Below are positions 42,201 through 57,200 of a stretch of DNA of 64,000 bases, piece after piece. The position numbers and the translations under genes are program-made. The first letter of the stretch is position 1, and every line of letters begins with the position of its first letter. The notes under the pieces were generated by a model. That model saw only the letters and a program-made list of their open reading frames with translations, did not search any database and was not told where the DNA came from. Where the stretch lies: positions 140,019 to 204,018 of the forward strand of contig OZ246395.1 in NCBI GenBank assembly GCA_965230915.1, read 5' to 3'. Source of the stretch: an uncultured Candidatus Saccharibacteria bacterium (GTDB lineage Bacteria; Patescibacteriota; WWE3; 2-01-FULL-39-13).

Positions 42201-45200
42201 AGATTTGGAGGTCAATTGACATTAGCTTCTGTTCCATCTAGTGCAAGCAATAGCGTTTTAGTATATGGAGCGGGCGGAATTGTTTCACAAAGAGATGCTA
42301 GCGGTTGGGATACAGATGCGTCAAATGATGTCACCACTTTCTTGGGATTAACCGATACACCAAGTACATACGCAGGAAGCGCTAACTATATAGTCCGAGT
42401 TAATGGAGCAACAAACGCACTAGAGTTCTTAGATGCAGCAGGTTGGGATCAAAATGCTGCAGATGACTTAACCATTTCAGGAACAGCAAATCGTTCAGCT
42501 AAATTTAATGCATTAGGAAATAATGTAATGGAAGGATCTATAGATGATCTATATAACGCAGTTGCAGTAACAATTGATGCAAGCGGTAAGGTCGGTATCG
42601 GAACAACTGGCCCACAATTTGCATTAGATGTTGTCGGAAGAATTAGAGCTACAACCGATTTAATGGTTGGATCAGTAAATTTGGCTGACAACTCTTCAGC
42701 TGCAAGCGGAGCATCATTAATAGGAGTATTTGATAATAGCTTAACTTATGTTTCTGGTAATACTAATGTTCAAAGTGCTATTGAGCAATTAGATGCAGCA
42801 ATTGCAACAGCATCAGTCGGTGATATTTCTGCGATCGGTGATGTAACAAGTGGCGATGCGTTTACATCGGGCGGAACACAGGGAACAAGTTTATGGTTCT
42901 ATGATGCAGATGGAAGAGGTCAATTAACAATTGCTAACTTAACAGGACCACAGACATACACATTGCCGGACGCTAGCGGTGAGATTTCATTATTGGGTCA
43001 AACAATTGCAAACAACGAATTAGTAAATTCAGATATCACATTCAATGGTGATTCGGGTTCCGCCGCTATCTCCTTGGGCGGGGATTTTGACGTGATCGGC
43101 GGACCCGGAATCAGCACTTCAATATCAGCTACAACACTAACAATTACTAATACTGATTTAGGATCTACACAAAACATCTTCAAGAATATAGCTGTATCTG
43201 GCCAAAACACAGTTGTTGCAGATGCTAACAACGACACAATGACCCTAGTTGCAGGTACAAACGTAACTATTACAACAGACGATACAACTGATTCCGTAAC
43301 AATAAATGCAACAGATACTAATACAACATATACAGCAGGCAACGGTTTAACTTTAGCCGGAACAACATTCAAGTTCGGTGGAACAATTAGCGAAGATACA
43401 AGACTATTTAGTGCTACATCTGGAGAGATTCTATTTGTAAACGATACAACCGGAAATATTGGTTTGGGTATGACAGCTCCAGGCTACAAGTTAGATATAA
43501 ATGGAACAGCTAGAGTAGGCGGTCAATTAACATTAAGCAATGTTCCTTCCACATCTAATAATAATTTAGTGTTAACAGTAAACGGTGGAGTTGTTAGCTC
43601 TATAGATACAAGCGCGTGGGATACAAATGCGTCAAATGATGTCACTACTTTCTTGGGATTAACAGATGCTCCTGACTCATACACAGGCAGCGAGACTTAT
43701 TTAGTAAGAGTAAAGGCAGATGGAACAGGCTTAGAATTTGTAGATCCTGCGACAGTAGGCGGAGTTAACTCAGTCACAAATAGTGATGGAACATTAACAA
43801 TCTCTCCAACAACCGGAGCTGTTGTTGCTTCATTAAATTTAAATCAAGCAAACGCTTGGCTAGCTGCTCAAACATTTAGTGCCAATACATATTTTGGTGG
43901 AAATGGAATTTGGAGTTCTACAGGTGATGTCGGTATCGGTACAACTGCACCAGCATATAAACTTGATGTTGTTGGTGGAATTAGAACAACAACAGACTTG
44001 TTTGTAGGCAATATTGGATTAGGAACAACACAGCCTACAGGCTCAGGAGCTTCACTAGTTGGCGTTTATAATGGAAACTTAACAAACTCTATTGCTACAA
44101 ATGTTCAGTCTGTATTAGAGGATTTAGATGCTGCAATAGCAGGTTCTTCACACGATGCAGTTACATTAGCAGGTGCATACGATTACTTAACATTAAGTGG
44201 CCAACAGATTACATTGCAACAGATTGATTTAACTGAGGATGTAATAGGAGTATTGCCAACCTCAAATGGCGGTACCGGGCTAAATATTGATCCTACTGCA
44301 ATTGCTGACGGCCAGATTTTAATTGGAAACAATGCTGGTGACACATTTAGCTTAGCTACTATAACTCAAGGAACAGGTATTTCTATAACAAACGGTTCAG
44401 GAACAATTACTATTGCCAACTCTGACTTGGGTTCTAGCCAAAATATCTTTAAGAATATAGCTGTAAATGATCAAGGAACTGTGTCAACTGATACAAACAA
44501 TGACACTTTGACATTAGTCGCAGGAACAAACGTAAGTATTACAACCGATACCGGATCAGATTCAATAACAATTAACGCTACCGACACAGATACAACATAC
44601 ACAGCAGGCAATGGTTTAACTTTAGCAGGAACAACCTTCAAATTCGGTGGAACAATAACAGAGCCTACAAGATTAGCTGATGGCTCATTCGAATATCTAT
44701 TCTTAAATAATGCAAATGGAAGAGTAGGTATTGGAACAACTAACTCAGGTAGCAAGCTATCGGTAAGCGGTAACCAATCTATCGGTTCTACATATGCATT
44801 ATTGGCGGCTCCAACTAATGGATTAATCGTAGAAGGAAATACAGGAATCGGAGTAACGGCAACTATCTACCAATTAGAAGTTGGCGGAACAGCGGCTGTA
44901 CAAAACCTAGTATTAGGTGGAACACAAATAACAACAACTGGAACCGAAATTAATTTACTAAGCGGATTAACATCGACTTCAACAGAACTGAACTACCTAG
45001 ACGGAACAACAGTTCCAGCTGGTGCAGTGATGTTCGGAGACGGAACAAAGATTACAAATGATATTTCTAATTTCTTCTTTAATGATTCAACAAACAGATT
45101 AGGTTTGGGAACATCATCTCCAGATGCGACAATCGATGTCGCCGGTACAGCATGGTTACGAGGTAATTTATCCGCAGAAGGTTTATATGTTAACTCATCA

Positions 45201-48200
45201 GGTAATGTCGGAATCGGCGGAACAGCTGCTACTAGTGCTCCATTCTTCTTTAATACTTCGAGCGGATTTGCTACTAACTTAAGTTCAGCAACAGCATTAA
45301 CAGTTGGAGCAAACGGAACAGCATATGCAACATTTGATACTACACTTGGTTCTTCTAGTGACTTATTAAGCCTAAATGCTCCTGCTGGAAGCACATTAGG
45401 AAACTTATTTGCGATTTATGATAATGGTTCTCCGGTATTTAAGGTTTCACAGAACCAAATCGAGTCGGCTGTTCCACATACATTTACAGCAGCAGGTGAT
45501 GTTTCGATGTCTTATGATTTGAATTTCACCAACCCAACGGCTGCATATATAAACTTTGATGGTCCTGGTTATATCAGAACGAATAATCCAAGCGGCAACT
45601 ATGATTTAACATTAAGCGCAGCTAATAGCGGAGTGGTTTATATCGATGACAACTTAACAATTAGCGGAACTCAATTAACATTAACAAATGCTGCTGCATT
45701 AGACTTAGCGGCGTCGACAACAGCTCTAAATATCGAAAATGGTTTATTGAACTTAGATTCTACAAATGCAAGAGTTGGAATCGGAACAACAGTTCCAGGA
45801 TCTACATTATCTGTTGCAGGTAATCAAGCTATCGGTGCAACTTATGCAAGATTAGCAGCCCCAACAAACGGATTAATAGTGGAAGGTAACGTCGGAATTG
45901 GATTTACTGCAACAAACTACAAGTTGGCAGTAGCTGGAACAGCAGCAGTTTCTAATTTTGTACTTGGCGGAACACAAATCACAGCAACTGGCGCAGAAAT
46001 TAACTTACTAAGCGGATTAACTTCTACATCAAGCGAGCTTAACTACTTAGATGGAACAACCGTTGTAGCAGGTGGAGTAATGTTTGGAGATGGAACAAAG
46101 ATTGCCCAGGATACATCTAATTTCTTCTTTGATAGCGCAAGTAAGAGATTAGCAATCGGAACATCAGCAGCAAATAGCGGTTTAACAGTAATGGGATCAG
46201 GATCATTCGGCGCTGGTTATTCAAATATCGGAATTTCAGCTCCATTAAATGGCTTACTAGTGCAAGGAAATGTCGGAATCGGAATGACAAATCCTGGAGC
46301 ATTCGCTCTTAATGTAAACGGAAACATCAAGACTTCTGGCGACCTATTCATCGGAAACATCGGACTTGGAACAACAAATAGCGCAACTTCATCAGGAGCA
46401 TATTTAGTAGGAGTATTTGACGAATTTGATAACTCTAACTCTACAAATGTTCAGGCTGTATTAAACGATTTAGACGCAGCAATTGCTTCATCTGCGGGAG
46501 GATCAATTACTGGAATCGGCGACGTATCCTCAGGAGATGCATTTACAGCAGGTGGAACAAGCGGAACATCGCTATGGTTCTATGATCCACAAGGCCGTGG
46601 CCAATTAACAATCGCCAACTTAACAGGTGCACAAACATATACACTTCCAGATGCTAGTGGAGAGATCTCATTATTAGGTCAGACAATCGGTAATGCAGAA
46701 TTAGATAATTCAACAATTACATTTAATGCAGATACAGGTACTGTTGCATCAGCATTGGGTGATAGCTTCGCAATAAATGGAGGACCAGGTATAAGTACAG
46801 AAATCTCTGGAACAACATTAACAATCACAAATACAGACCTAGGCTCAAGCCAAAATATCTTTAAGAACATTTCGGTAAGCGGTCAAGGAACTGTATCTAC
46901 CGATACAAATAACGACACTTTGACATTAGTTGCAGGCACAAATGTAACTATAACTACTGATACAGGTTCGGATTCGATAACAATTAATGCAACAGACACA
47001 AATACAACATATACGGCTGGTAATGGTTTAACCTTAGCTACCACCACATTTAAGCTAGGTGGAACCATTACCGAAGACACAAGGCTTGCAAACGGTTCGT
47101 TTGACTACATCTTCTTAAATAACTCGGACGGAAACGTCGGTATTGGAACAACTGGTCCATTGTTTAAATTAGATGTAAACGGAACCGCAAGATTTACAGG
47201 AAACGTAACATTGGGTTCTGTTCCTGCTGATTCAAGTAACAACGTATTGGTATTAGATGGAAGCGGAGTTGTTTCTCAAAGAGATATAAGTGCATTCGAC
47301 CAAAATGCGTCAGATGATGTCACTACATTCCTAGGATTAACGGATACTCCAAGCTCATATACCGGAAATGAAACATACTTAGTAAGAGTGAATGCAGCAG
47401 GTAATGCTTTAGAATTTATCGACCCAACTACAGTAGGTGGAGTTAACTCAGTTGCAAATAGTGATGGAACATTAACAATCTCTCCAACAACAGGAAATGT
47501 AGTGGCTTCAATTAATTTAAACAACGCAAATGTATGGACAGGAAGCCAAACATTTAGCGCAAATACATACTTCCCAGGTAGCGGAGTTTGGGACACATCT
47601 GGCGATGTTGGAATTGGAACGACAGATCCACAATATAAATTGGATGTGGCTGGCTCTATAAATGTACTGGGCTTCTATCTATCAGGTGTTGCGCTTACTT
47701 CTTCTGCAGATGAATTAAACATTTTAGATGGAGCAACTCTTTCGACTTCTGAACTGAATATCTTAGACGGCGTTACTTCTACGGCAGCTGAAATTAATTA
47801 CCTAGATAACTCGACTGTATTAGCAGGAGGAATGGTGTTCGGAAATGGAACTAACTTTACACAAGATGTTTCAAACGTTTTCTACAATTCAACAACAAAG
47901 AGACTTGGAATCGGAACATCAACACCTGGAAACACTTTAGGTGTTGCCGGCGCAGCCGCAATCGGATCAGGTTACGCAGGAACTGGAATTTCTGCTCCGG
48001 CAAACGGCTTACTGGTACAAGGTAATGTCGGAATTGGAACAACTAATCCTGCATTCAAACTTGATGTAAATGGAGATATAAGAGTTGTCTCTGGTTCAGA
48101 TTTATATATCGGTGCAATCGGAATGAACGATAATGCATCGTTATCATCGGGAGCTTCATTGATCGGCTTATATGACGATTCAATGACATATATAAGTGGA

Positions 48201-51200
48201 AATACAACAGTTCAGGATGCAATAAAACAATTAGATACCGCAATCGCATCGGCAGCAACCGGAGACATAACTGCAATCGGTGACGTAGCAAGTGGCGCAG
48301 CATTCACATCAGGTGGAACACAGGGTACAAGTTTATGGTTCTACGATCCACAAGGTCGCGGTCAATTAACGATCGCAAACTTAACAGGTGACCAGACATA
48401 CACATTGCCAGACGCATCAGGAGAAATTTCATTACTTGGTCAGACGATAGGTAATTCAGAGCTTGAAAATTCAACAATCACATTCGCAGGTGATACAGGC
48501 TCTAATGCATCAGCCCTTGGAACAACATTCAATATCGTAGGCGGAACCGGAATCGGAACATCAGTAGGAGGAAACAACGTGTCGATCATAAACACCGATC
48601 GTGGTTCATCACAGAGTATATTCAAGAACTTCGCAGTAAGCGGTCAAAACACAGTAGTTGCAGATGCAAACAACGACACCTTAACACTAGCCGCCGGATC
48701 AAACATAACTATCACAACAAATGACACAACAGACACAATTACAATTGCTGCAACCGATACAAATACAACATACACAGCAGGCAACGGTTTAACATTGGCT
48801 ACAACTCAATTCAAGTTAGGTGGTCAAATAACAGAGCCAACAAGATTATTCGACGGGTCAAACGAATACTTATACATCAACCCTAATACAGGAAATCTTG
48901 GTATTGGTACAACAAATTCAGGCTACAAACTAGAAGTTAACGGAACATTCAATGCTGCAAGCGGATTCTACTTAGCAGGCTCACAAGTAACATCAAATGC
49001 ATCCGAATTAAATATATTAGACGGAGCAACACTAAATACAACAGAGCTTAACTACCTAGACGGCACAACTGTTGTAGCGGGAGGAATAACATTCGGAAAC
49101 GGTTCATATATCGCTCAAGATCCAGCTGATTTCTTCTGGAACAACACCTCAAACAGATTAGGTTTAGGAACATCTGCTCCAACAACTACATTAGATGTTG
49201 CAGGAACCTTTAGAGTAACAGGGAACACAACATTAGGCGATGCATCAGGTGATACGGTAACTTCAAACGCTGCTTCTTGGATATTCGCAAATGCAACAAC
49301 AATCGATTTAGCAAATTCAACAGCTGCATTAAGTATTGAAGGCGGATTATTAGGATTTGACTCGTCAAATGGAAGAATCGGAATCGGAACTACAGCTCCA
49401 AGTAAAACACTAGATGTGATTGGTGGAATAAGAACAACAGATGATTTATACGTAGGATTAATCGGTCTAAATGATAACGGATCAACATCATCAGGATCTT
49501 CATTAATCGGCTTATACGACAATAGCTTAGTTTACATTTCCGGAAATACTACAGTTCAAAGTGCGATCGAGCAGTTAGATGCAGCAATTGCAACAACCGC
49601 AGGTAATCAACACGATCCTGTAACCCTTGCAGGTTCACTAGCCTACTTAACATTAAATGACCAAGAAATAACTTTGAATGCGATTGACTTAACAACCGAT
49701 GTATCTGGAGTTCTTCCATTGGAAAATGGGGGAACAGGCAAGAATATCGACGGAACTGCAATTACAAATGGCCAGATTTTAATTGGGAATGCTACTACCG
49801 ACGGATTCGACCTTGCAACAATAACTCAAGGAACCGGTATTTCTGTAACAAATGGAGCAGGTTCAATCACAATTACAAATACCGATTTAGGATCAAGCCA
49901 GAATATCTTTAAGAATATAGCTGTAAATGATCAAGGAACTGTGTCAACTGATACAAACAATGACACATTAACATTAGTCGCTGGAACAAACGTAACGATC
50001 ACAACCGATGACACAACAGACTCAATAACAATTAACGCTACAGATACAAACACAACATACACAGCAGGCAATGGATTAACTTTAGCGGGAACAGTATTCA
50101 AGTTTGGTGGAACAATAACAGAACCAACAAGATTAGCTGACGGTTCATTTGAATACCTATTCTTAAATAATGCAAATGGAAGAGTAGGTATAGGAACAAC
50201 TAACTCAGGTAGCAAGCTTGGTATAGCCGGAAACGTAGGTATCGGAAACTCATATGCAACATATGCCGCTCCAGCTAATGGATTGATAGTAGAAGGTAAC
50301 ATTGGAGTTGGATTTACAGCTACAAATTATAAACTCGGTGTAAACGGAACAGCAGCTGTTTCAAACCTAGTACTTGGCGGAACACAGATTACAGCTACAG
50401 GTACAGAGATTAACAAATTAAGTGGATTAACTTCATCAACTGCAGAATTAAATATATTAACAGGCGTCACAACAAACGCTACAGAACTTAATTATCTAAC
50501 CGGATCATCAGTAGTATCTGGCGGAATAGTTTTTGGGGATGGAAGCAAATTCACACAAGATGCTGCTAACTTATTCTTCAATAACACATCAAAGAATTTA
50601 TCAATTGGTTCAACCGCAGGTGGTAGCAGACTTTCAGTAAATGGTGGAGCAGCAATCGGTTCTGGCTATATCGGAACAGCACTTTCAGCTCCAACAAACG
50701 GACTTCTTGTTCAAGGAAATGTTGGAATTGGAACAACAAACCCAGGAACTTATGCATTGAACGTAAATGGAACTGCAAATGCAAATGCATTATCAATTGG
50801 TAACTTACTATTATCAGCAAATTCAACTGCTACATCAGGCGGAACTTTAGTCGGAATTAATGACAACTCATTAACATATGTTTCTGCTAATACAAATGTC
50901 CAATCAGCAATCGAACAATTAGACGCAGCAATGTCATCAAACTTTAGCGGAGTAATAACAGCAATTGGTGATGTAACAGCAGGGGACGCATTCACATCAG
51001 GTGGGACACAAGGTACAAGCCTATGGTTCTACGATGCACAGGGCCGTGGCCAATTAACAATTGCTGATTTAACAAGTGCAAGAACATACACATTGCCAGA
51101 TGCCAGTGGGGAAATTTCATTACTAGGACAAACAATTTCTAATGCTGAGCTAGATAATTCAACAATCACATTCGCAGGGGACACAGGTTCAAATGCTTCA

Positions 51201-54200
51201 GCATTAGGAACAACATTCAACATCGTAGGTGGAACCGGCATCGGAACATCAGTTGGAGGAAACAACGTGTCGATCATAAACACTGATCGTGGCTCTTCAC
51301 AAAATATCTTCAAGAACTTTGCAGTAAGCGGTCAAAACACAGTATCAACCGATACAAACAACGACACATTAACATTAGTCGCTGGAACAAATGTAACAAT
51401 CACAACCGATGACACAACAGACTCAGTAACAATTAACGCTACAGATACAAATACAACATATACAGCAGGCAACGGTTTAACTTTAGCCGGAACAACCTTC
51501 AAGTTTGGTGGAACAATAACAGAGCCTACAAGATTAGCCGATGGTTCTTTTGAATACTTATTCTTAAATAACGGAAATGGAAGAGTGGGTATTGGCGCTA
51601 CAAACTCAGGAAGCAAATTATCAGTAGCTGGAAACGTAGGTATCGGAAACTCATATGCAACATATGCAGCTCCAGCAAACGGATTAATCGTAGAAGGCAA
51701 CACCGGTTTAGGAGTAACAGCTACAAACTTCAAGCTAGAGGTTGGAGGAACAGCAGCTGTTAAGAACTTAGTATTGGGTGGAACTCAAATAACAGCAACA
51801 GGAACTGAATTAAACAAACTAACAGGAGCAACACTATCAACAACAGAATTAAATTATCTAACAGGCACCACTGTTACATCAGGTGGAGTTCTATTCGGGG
51901 ACGGAACAAAGATTACTAACGATTCAGCTAACTTCTTCTGGAACGATTCAACAAATAGATTGGGTTTAGGGACAACAGCTCCTGGTCAGCAATTAGAATT
52001 AACTGGAAATATATTGTTACAAGGTAGCGGAAAGATTTACTTTGACGGTCCTGCATCAACCAACTATTCGATCTCGAGAAGTGCAAATAGATTCAGATTA
52101 GATTCTGCAGATTCATTTACTATTGGTTTAGACTCAACTGGATTAACGGGTGATGCTTTCTTAAATATAACTGACAGAAATGTTTCAAGAGTTTACATGG
52201 ATGCAAATGGTTTATTTGGAATCGGAACATCCGCTCCAGAAAGCTTGTTAACAGTTAAAGGAAATGCATCTATTGGTTCGGGTTATACAGGAATCGGAAT
52301 TTCATCCCCGTTAAATGGATTATTAGTTCAAGGTAACGTCGGAATCGGAAACACAAACCCAGGTGCATATGCATTAAATGTAACCGGAAACCAAAATATC
52401 AGCGGAACACTAACACTTGGGACAGTTAACTCAACATCAAACAACAATCAGGTACTAACAGTAAATAATGGGGTTGTTAGCTACATCGATACAAGCGGAT
52501 GGGATACAAACGCTTCAAATGATATTTCAACATTCTTAGGATTAACAGATACTCCAAGCTCATACAGCGGGGTTGGTAGCCAATTTGTAAGGGTGAACGC
52601 AGGTGAATCAGCTTTAGAATTCGTCGACTTATCAGCATGGGATCAAAATGCTGCAGATGATTTAACAATCTCTGGAACCGATAATAGAATCGCAAGGTTC
52701 AATGCGGCAGGTAATAACGTAGAAAATTCATCAATCGATGACGCATACACAGGTGGAGTTGCTCTAAGAATATTTGCAAATGGAACAATCGGAATCGGAG
52801 TAACTGCAACCAATTATCAATTAGCCGTCGGTGGAACTGCTTCGGTTTCAAACCTTGTATTAGGCGGAACTCAATTAACTGTAACTGGAACAGAATTAAA
52901 TCTATTAAGCGGATTAACCGCAACTTCATCCGAACTAAACATCTTAGACGGAGCAACATTATCAACGGCTGAATTAAATATTCTTGATGGCGCGACAGTT
53001 ACAGCTGCAGAACTTAATTACTTAGATAATTCATCAGTATTAGCAGGCGGATTAGTATTTGGAAACAACAGCAACTTTACACAAGATGTAGCAAATATTT
53101 TCTGGAACGATTCAACAAAGAGGTTAGGAATTGGAACATCGGCTCCAGGCCAAACATTATCAGTTGCTGGAACATTCGGTATAAAAGAAGGCGGATCATC
53201 TCCACATTTCTTTACAGCATTCCAGGGCGGAGACCAAAGCGCAGATATAACTTACACATTGCCAGTTGATGACGGATCAAGCGACTACGTTTTAGTAACC
53301 GATGGAAATGGAGTTCTTAGCTGGCAATCAGTCGGCGGAGTAGGTGCAGGAACCGGAGATATAACAGCAGTAATTGCTGGCGGAGGTTTATCTGGTGGAG
53401 CTTCAACAGGTGACGCAACACTCGATATCGGAGCTGGAAACGGTATCACTGTAAATGCAGATGATATTGCTATAAAGCTTGCAATATCATCAGGTGTTGG
53501 TGCAACAGCTTCATACTCCGGATTAGAAGTAAATTCAAACGGATTAAGTATGTTAACAGGTTGCGGTCAGGGCGAAATTTTAACTTGGGATGATTCCAAT
53601 AACATCTGGAAATGCGCTTCTATCGCATCATCAGGCGGAATAACTGGAACAGGTACAGCTAACTATGTTCCTTTATGGAATACATCATCAGATTTAACAA
53701 ATTCAGTAATCTATCAAACAGGTTCTAGTTTAGGAATTGGAACAACTGTCCCTGGAAGCAATCTATCAGTAAGCGGAAATCAGGCTATTGGTGCTTTATA
53801 TTCACGATATGCAGCTCCAGCGAATGGATTAATCGTAGAAGGTAACGTTGGAATCGGTTATACAGCTACAAATTACAAACTTGCAGTAGCTGGAACGGCA
53901 GCATTCAGCAACTTAGTACTTGGTGGAACACAAATTACAGCAACTGGAACAGAAATCAATAAATTAGCTGGCTTAACATCATCGACATCTGAACTAAACA
54001 TTTTAACTGGAGTAACTGCAAATGCTACAGAAATAAATTACCTAGATAATTCAAGCGTATTGGCAGGCGGATTAGTATTTGGAAACGGATCGAACTTTAC
54101 ACAAGATGTCGGAAGTATTTTCTTTGATTCAACAAATAAGAGATTGGGAGTCGGAACTTCAGCCCCAACAAGTGCTTTATCAGTAAATGGTGGAGCTGCA

Positions 54201-57200
54201 ATTGGTTCTGGTTATGCAGGTGGTGGAGTTTCTGCTCCAACAAATGGCTTATTGGTACAGGGTAGAGTTGGAATTGGAACAACCAATCCATCCTCAACAT
54301 ATGCTTTAGATGTAAATGGATCAATAAGAGCAACTTCATTAAATACAGCAAGCTCAACATATCAAAATGCTTTAATTTCAAATTCAGGTGCGTTCAACGT
54401 TAGTGTAGGAGGCGGAAGCAACTTATACATGACACTAAATGGAACTTCAGCTTCAGATAACTATATCGTTAGAACTGGTACAACAGATTTATTTAGAGTA
54501 GGTGGAAATGGCAAAGTCGGAATCGGAACAACAGCTCCAGAATCATTATTATCAGTAAAAGGTAATCAAACAATTGGCGCCGGTTACACAGGAATCGGAA
54601 TCTCAGCCCCAGTAAATGGTCTATTAGTCCAAGGTGTAGTCGGAATCGGCATGACCAACCCAGGTGCATTCGGATTAAACGTTGGAACAGGAATCAATAC
54701 ATTAGACGATCTATACGTAAATTCAGTCGGCCTAAATGATAACGCTTCAACAACCTCTGGAGCTTCATTAATCGGATTAAATGACGATTCAATGACATAC
54801 ATTTCCGGAAACACAACAGTACAAAGCGCAATCAAACAATTAGATACAGCAATTTCTTCAGGTCTAGGCGGAACAATAACAGCAATCGGAGATGTAACAT
54901 CTGGTGATGCATTTACATCAGCTGGAACACAAGGAACATCACTTTTCTTCTACGATCCACAAGGTCATGGCCAATTAACAATTGCAAACTTAACAGGTGA
55001 TCAAACTTATACACTTCCAGATGCAAGTGGAGAAATTTCTCTTCTTGGCCAAACAATCAGCAATTCAGAGTTAGTAAATTCAGATATCACATTCAATGGT
55101 GATTCGGGTTCCGCCGCTATTTCCCTGGGCGGGGATATTGACGTGATCGGCGGACCCGGAATCAGCACTTCAATATCAGGTACAACACTAACAATTACTA
55201 ATACCGATTTAGGCTCTACACAAAACATCTTCAAGAATATAGCTGTATCTGGCCAAAATACAGTTGTTGCAGATGCTAACAACGACACAATGACCCTAGT
55301 TGCAGGTACAAACGTAACTATTACAACAGACGATACAACTGATTCCATAACAATCGCAGCTACCGACACAAACACAACATACACAGCAGGAAACGGTTTA
55401 ACTCTTGCATCTACAACATTTAAACTTGGTGGAACAATCAGCGAAGATACTAGACTCGCAAATGGTTCTTTTGAATACTTATTCTTGAACAATGCAAACG
55501 GAAGAGTCGGAGTTGGAACAACAAATTCAGGATCAAAATTATCTGTAAATGGTAATCAAGCAATCGGAGCAACTTATGCTTCTTATGCAGCTCCAGCAAA
55601 TGGATTAATCGTAGAAGGAAACACTGGTCTTGGTGTAACTGCAACAATCTATAAACTCGAAGTTGGCGGAACAGCAGCTGTTAAGAATTTGGTATTAAAT
55701 GGAACACAAATAACAGCAACCGGAACCGAAATCAACAAATTATCTGGCTTAACATCTTCAACAGCAGAACTAAATATTTTAACCGGAGTAACAACCAATG
55801 GTACTGAGCTCAATTATTTAGATAATTCAACAGTATTAGCAGGTGGATTAGTATTTGGAAACGGTTCTAATTTCACTCAAGATATTTCAAACATCTTCTT
55901 TAATAGCACTTCAAAGAATCTTGGTATCGGAACATCAGCTCCAGGAAGCAGATTGTCAGTAGCAGGTGGAGCAGCAATCGGATCAGGATATGTAGGGTCA
56001 GGCTTATCAGCTCCAACAAACGGACTTCTTGTTCAAGGAAATGTCGGAATTGGAACAACAAACCCAGGAACATATGCGCTAAATGTTGCAGGCGGAGTAA
56101 ATGTTTCAACCTTATCGATTGGCAACTTACTATTATCAGCAAATTCAACCGCAACATCAGGAGCAACATTAGTTGGATTAAATGACGATTCACTAACTTA
56201 TGTAAGTGGAAACACAAGTGTTCAAGATGCTATTAAACAACTTGACACGGCAATTGCAACAGCAGCAACAGGTGATATTTCAGCAATCGGTGACGTAGCA
56301 AGTGGCGCAGCATTTACATCAGGTGGGACACAAGGTACAAGTTTATGGTTCTATGACCCACAAGGTCGTGGTCAATTAACGATCGCAAACTTAACAGGTG
56401 ACCAGACATACACATTACCAGATGCATCAGGAGAAATTTCATTACTAGGACAAACAATTTCTAATGCTGAGCTAGATAATTCAACAATCACATTCGCAGG
56501 TGATACAGGGTCAAATGCTTCAGCATTAGGAACAACATTCAACATCGTAGGTGGAACCGGAATCGGAACATCAGTAGGTGGAAACATCGTGTCGATCATA
56601 AACACCGATCGTGGTTCATCACAGAGTATATTTAAGAATATTGCCGTAAGCGGTCAGAATACCGTAGTTTCAGATGCAAACAACGATACATTAACACTTG
56701 CAGCAGGTTCTAACGTAACAATCACAACAAACGACACTACAGACACAATTACAATTGCTGCAACCGATACAAACACAACATATACAGCAGGCAACGGTTT
56801 AACTCTCGCTTCAACAACATTCAAACTCGGCGGATCTATTACAGAACCAACAAGATTATCAGACGGATCATTCGAATACTTGTTCTTAAATAATGGAAAC
56901 GGAAGAGTAGGTATAGGAACAACAAACTCAGGTTCTAAACTCGGCATAGCTGGAAACGTAGGTATCGGAAACTCATATGCAACATATGCAGCTCCATCTA
57001 ACGGTTTGATAGTTGAAGGGAATGTAGGCTTAGGTGTAACGGCAACAAACTTCAGATTAAGCGTAAATGGAACAGCTGCGGTTACAAACTTAGTACTAGG
57101 TGGAACTCAAATTACAGCAACTGGCACTGAAATCAATTTATTGTCAGGTTTAACATCAACTTCAACCGAGCTTAACTACTTAGATGGTACAACAATAACT